Shown piece by piece: positions 1-8,669 of a stretch of DNA of 29,270 nucleotides. The position numbers were made by a program, and so were the translations under genes. Location of the stretch: positions 1 to 29,270 of the forward strand of contig JAVHPP010000125.1 of assembly GCA_036170655.1 (NCBI GenBank), in the 5' to 3' direction. The notes beneath the pieces were generated by a model. It saw only the letters and a list, made by a program, of their open reading frames with translations. It made no database searches and was not told the DNA's origin. The first letter of the stretch is position 1; each line of letters starts with the position of its first letter. Source of the stretch: Candidatus Zixiibacteriota bacterium (GTDB taxonomy: Bacteria > Zixibacteria > MSB-5A5 > WJJR01).

Positions 1-233
1 ATGGCTGCCGCGTGGACAATCCAATCGGCATTGGCACGGTAAACGAACCGCGCAATCGATGCCGGATCGAGCAAGTGAAGCGCAATGGTCTCAGCGCCAA
101 CGGGCAGCGCCGTTGAGTGAAATCCCGCCACGACGTGGTGCCCGCGCGCCAGCAGAAGCGGGATGAGCGCACGCCCCAGAAGCCCGCTGGCGCCGGTCAC
201 GGCGATTCGCAGCTTTTGCAGGTTATCGGTCAC
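1..233 (-). CDS. rmlD: dTDP-4-dehydrorhamnose reductase / SDR family, N-terminal part (runs off the window)
   Basis: Own translation from GTG at 233: MTDNLQKLRIAVTGASGLLGRALIPLL...ADWIVHAAAM. Rossmann TGxxGxxG and (V/I)HAAA motifs; overlaps the rmlB stop by 11 nt; last gene of the rml cluster. Confidence 0.8.
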   Translation of the reverse strand, partial: MTDNLQKLRIAVTGASGLLGRALIPLLLARGHHVVAGFHSTALPVGAETIALHLLDPASIARFVYRANADWIVHAAA

Positions 234-1239
234 GGAGAAATGACGGCGTCCAGTCCGTTTGCTGGTGGCACCATTCAGGGTTCGCTCGATACCATGCGAC
301 CGTATCCGCGAGGCCCTGGCGAAAATTGATCGTGGGACGCCAGCCAAAAACACGTTCGGTTTGCGAAAAGTCGAGGGCATAACGCAGATCGTGACCGGGG
401 CGGTCGGGCACCGATGTGATCAACTCCGGGTCCGCACCGCAGAGCGCGCAGATTGACAACGCCAACTGCCGGTTGTCTATCTCGTCGAGTGAGCCGAGAT
501 GCCAGATGGGACGCTCTTGTCGCCTTGTCTGATCGGTCGCAACTGCCATCAGTCCTTTGGCGAAGTCGTCGACGTACAGCCAAGACCGGCTGTGACGGCC
601 ATGCCCATAGAGCGGCAAAGGCCTACCCGCGAGCGCTTTTGCAATGAAAAGGGGGATCGCCTTCTCCGGGTACTGATGTGGTCCGAAAACATTCACCGAA
701 CGCACAATGGTGACATCCAACGCGAATGTGCGGGCATAGGCCAAGGCCATCCAGTCCGCAGCCGCTTTGCTCGCCGCATAAGGGCTGGTGGGACGCAATG
801 GTTCTCCGACCCCGAAAACCTGACCCTTTGGCGTCGGGCCATAGACCTCGTCCGACGAAATGATGATGACCGATGTTTGGGCCGCCGTATCGCCACGATG
901 GCGCTGCACCGCGCTGAGCAGCGTCTGTGTTCCGAGCACATTGGTCCGGACAAACCGGCCCCCATCCTCGAGTGAACGGTCGACATGCGTCTCCGCGGCA
1001 AAATGGACAACCAGATCGAATGGCTCTCGCCACAGCGCGTCGACAGCCAACGCATCAGCTATGTCGATCAATTCGTGGCGATGCCGGGGATCGGATGCGG
1101 CGCCTTCCAAGTTATCGAGCGACCCGGCATAAGTGAGGCAATCCGCATTAACAACTGAAACGTCACGATCCTGCCGCAGCAGGGCACGCACGAAGTGCGA
1201 ACCGAGAAAACCACACCCGCCGGTTACCAGCACTCTCAT
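223..1239 (-). CDS. rmlB: dTDP-glucose 4,6-dehydratase
   Basis: TGGCGFLG, AAETHVDRS, SSDEVYG, PYAASK (YxxxK), DRPGHDLRYALD motifs. Confidence 0.93.
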   Translation of the reverse strand: MRVLVTGGCGFLGSHFVRALLRQDRDVSVVNADCLTYAGSLDNLEGAASDPRHRHELIDIADALAVDALWREPFDLVVHFAAETHVDRSLEDGGRFVRTNVLGTQTLLSAVQRHRGDTAAQTSVIIISSDEVYGPTPKGQVFGVGEPLRPTSPYAASKAAADWMALAYARTFALDVTIVRSVNVFGPHQYPEKAIPLFIAKALAGRPLPLYGHGRHSRSWLYVDDFAKGLMAVATDQTRRQERPIWHLGSLDEIDNRQLALSICALCGADPELITSVPDRPGHDLRYALDFSQTERVFGWRPTINFRQGLADTVAWYRANPEWCHQQTDWTPSFLRDR

Positions 1240-1712
1240 TTTGACACATCCCCCCTTGCCGAATCGGGGCTGTGCCAGTCGTACGGGATTTGATCGGTAT
1301 GGGGATCGAGACGGTACTCGTCGGGATGTTCGCGGTCAAATGGCTCCGTTGGACAGTTCATGCAGACCGCATCAATATCGCCTGTATTCTTGAATCCGTG
1401 GTAGACGAATGGAGGAATGATAATCAGCCGTGGCTGGGCGCCATCGCAATTGATCAGATCAATCTGTCGAAACGTCGGAGAATTGGCACGCGCATCATAG
1501 AGAACAAAACGCGCCCGCCCTTCGATGAGACAAAAGTAGTCGGTTTGCAGTTTGTGCATGTGCCATCCCTTGACAATTCCGGGCTTGGCGGTGGTGACGT
1601 AAACCTGTCCGAACTGCTTGAATTCAGGATCATCGCACCGAAGCACCTCGAAGAGGAGTCCCCGTTCGTCCGGATGGACAACAAGAGAGCGTGAAGAACT
1701 GCCTGCGATCAT
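1236..1712 (-). CDS. rmlC: dTDP-4-dehydrorhamnose 3,5-epimerase (cupin)
   Basis: DERG.L.E, KGWHMH, IPPFVYHGF, IPYDW motifs; 4-nt overlaps with both neighbours. Confidence 0.9.
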   Translation of the reverse strand: MIAGSSSRSLVVHPDERGLLFEVLRCDDPEFKQFGQVYVTTAKPGIVKGWHMHKLQTDYFCLIEGRARFVLYDARANSPTFRQIDLINCDGAQPRLIIIPPFVYHGFKNTGDIDAVCMNCPTEPFDREHPDEYRLDPHTDQIPYDWHSPDSARGDVSK

Positions 1713-2542
1713 TGCTTGCCGGACCTCGATCTTGTCTGGCCCGCGCGGCTGTCGGATGAACAGCGGAACAGATCCTCAGCCCATTGGTCGAATGGCTTCC
1801 AGAATGTCGACCGGGCACCGGGGTGAAACCATGTCTTCCCGGCCAGCGCGGCGGCCCGGTGGAGCGATTCGACTGTGCCCGCGTCGGTCCACCACCCAGG
1901 AAGGATTCCATGCGTCAACTGACCCATCCTCAGGTACTGGTTGGTGACGTCCGTGATTTCCAGCTCGCCGCGGTGTGATGGCCGCAACCCGGCGATGAAA
2001 TCAAAGACCTGCGAGTCGTAGAAGTACACCCCGATGACGGCGTATGGTGACGGCGGAATCCGGGGCTTTTCAATGACCGACACGACACGGTCACCGGCAA
2101 ATTTCGCCACCCCAAAACGTTCCGGATGGGCGACCTTCTTCAGCAGAATGCGGGCGCCGTGCCCCTGGCGTTTGTATTTCGCGACCTGAGTCCGGAGACT
2201 TGATTGAAAGACATTGTCTCCGAGGACAATGCAGAGCGAGTCGCCAGCGGCAAAATCCGCCGCATGGGCAAGCGCCTCGGCAATCCCTCCCTGACCCTTC
2301 TGATAACTGTAGTACAGACCCCGGAAACCGAATTGTCGTCCATCACCCAAGAGACGCATGAAATCTCCCGGGTTCTGGCCCCCGGTGACGATCAACGCCT
2401 CGTCGATTCCCGCTTCAATCAAGGATCGCAACGGATAGAAGATCATCGGGCGGTCCCAGACCGGGAGAAGATGCTTGTTGGTGATCTGGGTCAGCGGCCC
2501 CAGTCGGCGTCCCAGTCCCCCGGCAAGAACAACACCCTTCAT
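1709..2542 (-). CDS. rmlA: Glucose-1-phosphate thymidylyltransferase (RmlA/SpsI-like)
   Basis: MKGVVLAGGLGRRL.P.T...NKHLLPV, LGDN, EKP, RGELEITD, WWTDAGT. Start placed at ATG 2542; about 40 aa C-terminal tail. Confidence 0.9.
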   Translation of the reverse strand: MKGVVLAGGLGRRLGPLTQITNKHLLPVWDRPMIFYPLRSLIEAGIDEALIVTGGQNPGDFMRLLGDGRQFGFRGLYYSYQKGQGGIAEALAHAADFAAGDSLCIVLGDNVFQSSLRTQVAKYKRQGHGARILLKKVAHPERFGVAKFAGDRVVSVIEKPRIPPSPYAVIGVYFYDSQVFDFIAGLRPSHRGELEITDVTNQYLRMGQLTHGILPGWWTDAGTVESLHRAAALAGKTWFHPGARSTFWKPFDQWAEDLFRCSSDSRAGQTRSRSGKQ

Positions 2543-2690
2543 GAGGAGTGTGCACTCCGTTTCCGATCCGAACAACCAACAATCATGCACCGAAAATAGA
2601 GATCGTTGGGACAGAAGTCGAGTACTTCGAAGCGGCCGGTGAACATTCTGATATCGGCATCAATGAACGTGGATTCAGCGTGACCACGGA

Positions 2691-4862
2691 TCACAAAAGC
2701 GAGCTTTCACGCCGGCGACGCCAGAAGGAAAGGAGAGAGCCGCAGGTGATCGCGATCACGCCAACCCAGACAAGACTCACCAGCGGCTTGGTCGAGACAT
2801 CCAGAGCCAGTGTTTCGCGAGGCGAAACGGGCACGTCCGGCGAGTCGAGGGCAACACGAATCATCTGCGATTCGACCTGCATGCCCACAAGCGACAGTTT
2901 GATGCCGGTGCCCGGGATCATCACCGGAATCGGCTGCACGCCCCCTACGCCGGAATTCATCGAAGCTCTGAGGTCGATAGTGTCCGCGCCGCGTTTGGCC
3001 GTAATCTCAGCGGTCACAAGAAGCGCGCCCCCCTCGTCATGGCTGTCCATGGAAAATCGGTTAAATGTCAGGGTCCAGTCTCCGGCTGTTTTCGCCACGC
3101 CTTTGATGAGATCAACAGTGTTCCCATCCCCTTTCTGCCGCTTGAAGTCCAGAGGCGCCAGATAGAGATCGCGCACGATCCCGTTGACGATGTGCGGATT
3201 GCGGGTCTCCGATTGTGTGTAATCCGAATAGTAGAGCCGGGGTTTGGCCTCGATGCGTGAACTGCCTCTTGTCAAAGTCAGGTCGAGGTACCCGTCATTG
3301 GCGGTGTGGCCCTCAACAAGACGATTGAAGGTCACATCGTATCCGAATGCTTCCTGGGGCTCGCCCGGCGACAGGGCCAGACGCCGGGATACAGAATAAG
3401 CCGATGACCCCAGCACGCCCAGCAACATGAGGGCAAATCCGAAGTGGGTCACATGACCCGGTACACGCAGGAGATTTCCCTCGGAGTATCGGAATATCGC
3501 CAGCAGATTCGAGGTGAGCGCGCCCGTGGCACCAAAGATCAAAATCAGATGCTGCCACTGGACCACACCGAGAAACAAGACGACTATCGTCACCACAACG
3601 GCAACAATCAGGGATGGAAACACATGGCGGAAGACATCACGCCAGGGGGTCAGACCAAACATGAGAAATGGCGAGACGGATAGGGTCAGCGCGATGAGAA
3701 TCCCCATGGGGAGACTGATCATGTTGTAGTAACTCGCGGCAACGTTCGCCGGCTGGCCGACGATCTTGGTGAGCAACGGAGCCGAAGTGCCGATCAAGAC
3801 CAGACCGGCGGTGATCAAGAGGAGCAGTATCCCCACAACAAGGCCGAACTCACGTGAGTTCACCGCACGTGATATAGGTATCGTGGGCACATCGCGAGTC
3901 CGTACAGCCAGGGCGATGAGCGAAAGCGCTGTGACGCCGATCATGTAGACAATCAGGTAGGCGTTGATTCCCAGATCGGTGAACGAGTGGACCGAGAAAT
4001 CGGCCAAGACACCAGACCGGGTCAGAAACGTCCCGTAAACCACAAGTAGGTACGAAATGATCGCCAGACCCACGTTCGTCTTCAGGAGTTTGGGCTGCAT
4101 CCGAAACAAGATCAGCCCATGCAGGAGCGCCAGCGCCGTCAGCCACGGAATCAGCGAGGAGTTCTCGACCGGATCCCAGCCCCAGTATCCCCCCCATCCC
4201 AGCACCTTGTAGGCCCAGAATCCCCCGATAAAAATCCCTGCTCCCAAGCTCGCGACCGAGAACGCCACCCATGGAAAAACTTGAGCAGTGAATTCGTCGA
4301 AGCGGCGTGTGGTGAGAGCCGCGAGGGCGTAGACGAACGGTATCGCCAGAGCCGCATATCCCAAGAAAACGATCGGCGGATGGATCACCATCCAAGGATC
4401 CTGCAACAGGGGGTTGAGCCCCCGTCCGTCGGCCGGCACAGCAACGGTCGTGGCAAAAGGCGACCGGACAATCATCAGCACCAGCAGGAAGAGCTGGGTA
4501 ATCACAAAGTAAACCATCACCCAGCGGGTCCAGCCATCCTCGTGTCTAATGGTGAATATACCGAGGACAGAAGCCATGAACGCCCAGAGAAGAAAGGTCC
4601 CTTCCTGACCGGCCCAGAAGGATGAAATTAGGTACCCCAGCGGCAGGTCACGCGATGAATACTCCGCAACATACGAGTATGCGAAGTTGTGACTGAGAAA
4701 CAGATACAGGAGCCACGCCGATGCAACCGCCAAACAGAAAGTCATCAACTGGTATGCGCGTCTGTGCCAAGTGGCCAGCGATGGCCCGCCACGGATTCCA
4801 CCAGCAACGATCCCTACACCGATGGCAGCGGCCAGATAGATCATCACGTTGCCGAAGTTCAT
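2691..4862 (-). CDS. ccmF: Cytochrome c-type biogenesis heme lyase CcmF
   Basis: WAGQEG, LNPLLQDPWMVIHPP, WWD motif WGGYWGWDPVEN, TRSG...SVHSF; many TM helices; GAGGA RBS before ATG 4862. Confidence 0.9.
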   Translation of the reverse strand: MNFGNVMIYLAAAIGVGIVAGGIRGGPSLATWHRRAYQLMTFCLAVASAWLLYLFLSHNFAYSYVAEYSSRDLPLGYLISSFWAGQEGTFLLWAFMASVLGIFTIRHEDGWTRWVMVYFVITQLFLLVLMIVRSPFATTVAVPADGRGLNPLLQDPWMVIHPPIVFLGYAALAIPFVYALAALTTRRFDEFTAQVFPWVAFSVASLGAGIFIGGFWAYKVLGWGGYWGWDPVENSSLIPWLTALALLHGLILFRMQPKLLKTNVGLAIISYLLVVYGTFLTRSGVLADFSVHSFTDLGINAYLIVYMIGVTALSLIALAVRTRDVPTIPISRAVNSREFGLVVGILLLLITAGLVLIGTSAPLLTKIVGQPANVAASYYNMISLPMGILIALTLSVSPFLMFGLTPWRDVFRHVFPSLIVAVVVTIVVLFLGVVQWQHLILIFGATGALTSNLLAIFRYSEGNLLRVPGHVTHFGFALMLLGVLGSSAYSVSRRLALSPGEPQEAFGYDVTFNRLVEGHTANDGYLDLTLTRGSSRIEAKPRLYYSDYTQSETRNPHIVNGIVRDLYLAPLDFKRQKGDGNTVDLIKGVAKTAGDWTLTFNRFSMDSHDEGGALLVTAEITAKRGADTIDLRASMNSGVGGVQPIPVMIPGTGIKLSLVGMQVESQMIRVALDSPDVPVSPRETLALDVSTKPLVSLVWVGVIAITCGSLLSFWRRRRESSLL

Positions 4863-4972
4863 TATCACATCCTCAGACAGGTACAATTGCGGGTGTTCGC
4901 CTGGTCATGCTATCCTCACGCCCTGATATGATACACCCCGCGGACATGTGCCCCAAGGGCTACTGATGTTGA

Positions 4973-4990
4973 TTGACAGCGGGTTGTCAA
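4973..4990. promoter_or_regulatory. Palindrome TTGACA-N6-TGTCAA, candidate operator in the ccmF/ABC divergent spacer
   Basis: ttgaca gcgggt tgtcaa, about 110 nt upstream of the ccmF start. Confidence 0.35.
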
Positions 4991-5254
4991 AATCGGAGAG
5001 AATCGACCGGTAATTGCGATCCGCCCGAGGCGCATGATGAGGAGGAACTGGAGGCGGCCTTTCTTCGCCGATGTGATCGATTCCGCGACAGAGGGACAGA
5101 CAGTCCCACCGGCTGGCGAACGCGGAGAGCCTGACCGAATAGCCGGCTGACACGCGATGGTAACGAAACTCTTGACAGGATGTGGCCGTATCGGTTAGTT
5201 AGCCGTTCGATTTGGCTTTGTGTTGCGAGAACTGTGTTTCGGGGAGGTAAGAAG

Positions 5255-5353
5255 GTGATCAAGATATTGAGGATGACTGCTTTGCTCGTGAGTGGATTCG
5301 CGTGCATGGGCAGATTTCGTCCATGTGCACAATCCCCGGCTGGCGGATCTTAG
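5255..5353 (+). CDS. Putative 32-aa small/leader peptide MIKILRMTALLVSGFACMGRFRPCAQSPAGGS
   Basis: Strong RBS GGGGAGGT at 5241-5248, GTG at 5255, TAG at 5351-5353; TTGACA at 5172-5177 upstream; terminator downstream. Below the ORF track cutoff. Confidence 0.45.
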   Translation: MIKILRMTALLVSGFACMGRFRPCAQSPAGGS

Positions 5354-5383
5354 CGTCTTTCGCACAAGTTGCGAGGAAATGAC

Positions 5384-5420
5384 GCCGTCCCGCCACCACA
5401 TCGCGGGACGGTTTTTGTTT
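5384..5420 (+). terminator. Intrinsic terminator in the leader of the ABC exporter operon
   Basis: Stem ccgtcccgc (5385-5393) / gcgggacgg (5403-5411), 9-nt loop, then tttttgttt; ends 32 nt before the ATPase ATG. Confidence 0.75.
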
Positions 5421-5452
5421 GACGGCAAGTATGGTAGAGATGAGGAAACGGC

Positions 5453-6481
5453 ATGGAATGGGCAATCGAGACACAGGACCTCAGACGCACGTTTCGCAAC
5501 CGTCCGGTCCGGCGGCTTCTGCGACGGGCCGTCGGCGGTCCCGTGCAAGATCACGTGGCGCTGGATTCGGTTGACCTGACGGTCCAACCGGGCGAGTTGT
5601 TTGGCATCTTGGGACCCAATGGAGCCGGCAAGACGACGATTATCAAGATCCTCTCCACGTTGCTTTTGCCCACCTCGGGTCGGGCGATCGTGGATGGATT
5701 GGATGTCGCCAGAGAACCGGAATCTCTCCGGCGACGGATCAACATGGTGTCCGGAGGCGAGCATTCGGGATTTGGCATCCTGACCGTGCGTGAGACAATC
5801 TGGATGTTTGCCCAGTTCTACGGTGTCCCGACAAAAGTGGCGCACGCACGCGCCGACGCAATGATGGAGCGTCTCGGACTGACCGAAGCCGCTGATACGA
5901 AAACGTCGAAGCTATCCACCGGCATGAGGCAGAAGATGAACATCATCCGGGGATTCGTGAGCGACCCCAAGATCCTCTACCTCGATGAGCCAACACTGGG
6001 TCTCGATGTGGGTGTGGCGAGAGAGGTGCGCGCCTTCATCAGCGAGTGGATGCACGAGCATCCCGAGCGGACTGTTCTCTTGACGACGCACTACATGGCG
6101 GAGGCCGACTCGATGTGCGATCGCGTGGCGATCATCGACAAGGGTCGCGTGCTGGCTTGTGACACACCGGCCAGTTTGAAGCGGGAGCTCGCGCCCGACT
6201 GTGTGTACCAGATCGAGGTCCCGCTGTGGACCGATGGCGGCAACCCACTCGATGAACTGGCCGTGGTCCGTTCCGCCGCAATGGAACATCGCGGCGACCA
6301 GGGACGAACACACATCCGGGTGATTCTCGAAGATGAGGCAGGAATCGGCGCGGTCACAAGCCGCCTGGCACAGCGCGGCGCGCGTGTCCTCTCGGTCAAC
6401 AGGCTGGAGCCATCGCTGGAGGACGCATTCCTCAACCTCGTCGGCCACGGCCTGTCATCCGGGAATGGGGAAAATCACTGA
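5453..6481 (+). CDS. ABC-2 (DrrA/NodI-like) exporter ATP-binding subunit
   Basis: Walker A GPNGAGKT, signature LSTGM, Walker B ILYLDEPT, TTHYM, C-terminal PSLEDAFL. Confidence 0.92.
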   Translation: MEWAIETQDLRRTFRNRPVRRLLRRAVGGPVQDHVALDSVDLTVQPGELFGILGPNGAGKTTIIKILSTLLLPTSGRAIVDGLDVAREPESLRRRINMVSGGEHSGFGILTVRETIWMFAQFYGVPTKVAHARADAMMERLGLTEAADTKTSKLSTGMRQKMNIIRGFVSDPKILYLDEPTLGLDVGVAREVRAFISEWMHEHPERTVLLTTHYMAEADSMCDRVAIIDKGRVLACDTPASLKRELAPDCVYQIEVPLWTDGGNPLDELAVVRSAAMEHRGDQGRTHIRVILEDEAGIGAVTSRLAQRGARVLSVNRLEPSLEDAFLNLVGHGLSSGNGENH

Positions 6482-6489
6482 GGCCGCGA

Positions 6490-7308
6490 ATGAAACAGAA
6501 TCTGATGACCAATTTGCGGGCAATCTGGGGACGCGCCTACGTGCGCATCGTCGGCGCCAACCGCGAGCCATCGTGGTTGTTCTTTGAGGTGCTGCTGCCG
6601 CTTTTGGCGGTATTCGGCTTTGCCATGATTTATCGCGGACTGGGCGCACCCGAACAATATATTGGCTTTGTCGTCGTCTCCGGCGCCATGATCGCCTTCT
6701 GGCAGAACATCCTCTGGTCGATGGCCGCCCAGTTCTACTGGGAAAAGGAGATGGGGAACCTCGAGCTGTATCTCATCGCTCCCATCTCGCGGATGTCGAT
6801 CTTGCTGGGGATGGCGATTGGCGGAATCTTCATGACAGCGATCCGCGCCATCGGCATTCTCGTTGCCGGCACATTCGTGTTCGGGGTCGCGTATCAGGTA
6901 ACAAACTGGCCGGCGCTGATCCTGGTATTCTTTCTGACGATGAGCGCAATTTACGGGCTGGGCATGTTGGCATCGTCTCTGTTCATGCTGTTCGGGCGGG
7001 AGGCATGGCACACGGCGAATCTCTTTCAGGAACCTGTCTATTTCCTAACCGGATTCTACTTTCCCGTGCGCTCGTTGGGGAGTCTCACCGCGATGGCGGC
7101 ATCAGCAATCCCACTGACTTTGGGGCTCGATGCCATCCGTCAGTTGATTTTCTCTGGTAATGCGGTCAACCCGCTCTTCACGGTGCGGACCGAAGTGCTG
7201 CTCCTGATCGTGGCAACGGTCATCCTGAACTGGGCGGCGTTGAAGGCGCTCCGGTATATGGAATACCTGGGCAAGTCGACGGGGCGTCTGACCCTCAAGG
7301 GACAATGA
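6490..7308 (+). CDS. ABC-2 type exporter permease
   Basis: About 6 TM helices, EK..G.LE...IAP, GFYFP, PLT...DAIR motifs. Confidence 0.88.
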   Translation: MKQNLMTNLRAIWGRAYVRIVGANREPSWLFFEVLLPLLAVFGFAMIYRGLGAPEQYIGFVVVSGAMIAFWQNILWSMAAQFYWEKEMGNLELYLIAPISRMSILLGMAIGGIFMTAIRAIGILVAGTFVFGVAYQVTNWPALILVFFLTMSAIYGLGMLASSLFMLFGREAWHTANLFQEPVYFLTGFYFPVRSLGSLTAMAASAIPLTLGLDAIRQLIFSGNAVNPLFTVRTEVLLLIVATVILNWAALKALRYMEYLGKSTGRLTLKGQ

Positions 7309-7321
7309 GGCGAATGAAGCG

Positions 7322-8173
7322 ATGGGACGATTCAGGTCTTTAATCCGTTCGTTGATGACAGCGGGGCGTCTTGAATGGGCGATTGAGTCCAACTGGGCCG
7401 ACCCCTTCCTGTTCATGACTTATCAGGTCGTGCGCCCTGTGTTTGGCGCGTTGATCCTGGTCGTGATGTTCAAGGTCGTCAGCGGCAAACCCGCCTCTGA
7501 TCCAGCGTTCGCGCAACTCTACGTTGGCAACGCGTTCTTCATCTTGGTGACGCAGGTGTTGCTGGGCCTTGGAATCGTCATTTTTGAGGATCGGGAACGC
7601 TTCGAAATGCTGCGCTATATCTACCTGACACCAATGGGACTGGGAGTGTATCTGGCCGGACGTGGGTTGTCAAAGATCGTCTCGACAATGGCCGCGATCC
7701 TGATTACGCTTGCGGTCGGCTCCCTTTTCTTTGGGATCCCGTACAGCATGGGCATTGCCGACCTGCCCAACTTTGTCGCCGCTCTGTTCTTGGGGACGAT
7801 TGCCACGCTGGCGATCGGGGTGGCGCTGGCCGCCATGTCGCTCGGCATGGCCCAGAATGGTTTTTCGATGCCGGAGGGAGTGAGTGCGTTGTTTTATCTG
7901 CTGACAGGAGCGGTCTTCTCGATCGACATCCTCCCCTCATGGGTGGCGGCGCTGGGACGACTGATCCCCCTGACTTACTGGCTCGAGGCCATCCGTCGCT
8001 CTCTCCTGCACCGCCCGTACATCGGGTCGCTTGCGAACATGAGTGACGCACAGGTCCTGCTGACGTTGTCTTGGACCACCGCGGCAACCGTGATGGCCAG
8101 TTGGGGAATCTTGATTGCCGCGAGGCACTACGTGATTTCCACGGGCAAGCTCGACCAGAAGACAGACCACTAA
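7322..8173 (+). CDS. ABC-2 type exporter permease (second subunit)
   Basis: About 6 TM helices, GAVFSIDILP.WV, IPLTYWLEAIRR. Confidence 0.88.
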   Translation: MGRFRSLIRSLMTAGRLEWAIESNWADPFLFMTYQVVRPVFGALILVVMFKVVSGKPASDPAFAQLYVGNAFFILVTQVLLGLGIVIFEDRERFEMLRYIYLTPMGLGVYLAGRGLSKIVSTMAAILITLAVGSLFFGIPYSMGIADLPNFVAALFLGTIATLAIGVALAAMSLGMAQNGFSMPEGVSALFYLLTGAVFSIDILPSWVAALGRLIPLTYWLEAIRRSLLHRPYIGSLANMSDAQVLLTLSWTTAATVMASWGILIAARHYVISTGKLDQKTDH

Positions 8174-8177
8174 ACAC

Positions 8178-8214
8178 GAGGGCGATCTTCCCCGAATCGG
8201 GGAGGATCGCCCTC
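8178..8214 (+). terminator. 17-bp hairpin after the ABC operon (terminator or stabilising stem)
   Basis: gagggcgatcttccccg-aat-cggggaggatcgccctc with one G-U pair; weak U tract. Confidence 0.6.
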
Positions 8215-8374
8215 TCTGGCCCAATGCTGGCTTCTGTCTTGCTGCGTCTGTCACTGGTATCGGCCAGATCCGGGCACCGCTTGAGACTGGTCTCGCCTCA
8301 CCGAATCCACTTGACCTGCGAGCGGTTTCCGGCCAATTTCTCGGTCGGGCCGATCAGCGTTGATCGCCCGCCAT

Positions 8375-8446
8375 GGCGCTATCGTCTAGGGGTTAGGACG
8401 GGTGGTTCTCAGCCACCAAACCGGGGTTCGATTCCCCGTAGCGCTA
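8375..8446 (+). tRNA. tRNA-Glu (anticodon CTC), CCA not encoded
   Basis: Acceptor ggcgcta/tagcgct, D arm gtc-taggggttag-gac, anticodon arm ggtgg-ttCTCag-ccacc, T arm cgggg-ttcgatt-ccccg; possible TTGACC-17-CAATTT promoter at 8311-8339. Confidence 0.95.
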
Positions 8447-8669
8447 CTTATCGGGGCAGGGGGCTTGAGGATAAACTGCCGATTCTGGAGAGACAGTCCC
8501 AATTGGCGTGAGGCTGGGCATGCCATAACTGGGTATCCCGGATCAATGTACCACTGATTTTCGTCGAGGGGTGGGGCTGATGGGCCATAGGCCGAGATTC
8601 AACGTCAAAGGGCATATTCACTGTCTGACGACCACTGATCGCTTAACTTCTTAACAGAGGAGAAATGCT

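Noticed and set aside
5130..5142. 13-bp match (ctattcggtcagg, reverse strand) to 23010-23022
   Set aside because: A single non-palindromic 13-mer match is compatible with chance in 29 kb.
4994..5180. Two GGAGAG-starting segments with cgcccgaggcgca, gacagagg and gaaactcttgacagg, loosely resembling a tandem glycine riboswitch
   Set aside because: The invariant CCGAAG and CUCUCAGG cores and the P3 pairing are missing and no glycine gene follows; an Rfam scan would settle it.
5323..5382. Alternative 19-aa sORF MCTIPGWRILASFAQVARK ending just before the terminator
   Set aside because: No RBS; the 5255 sORF has far better translation signals.
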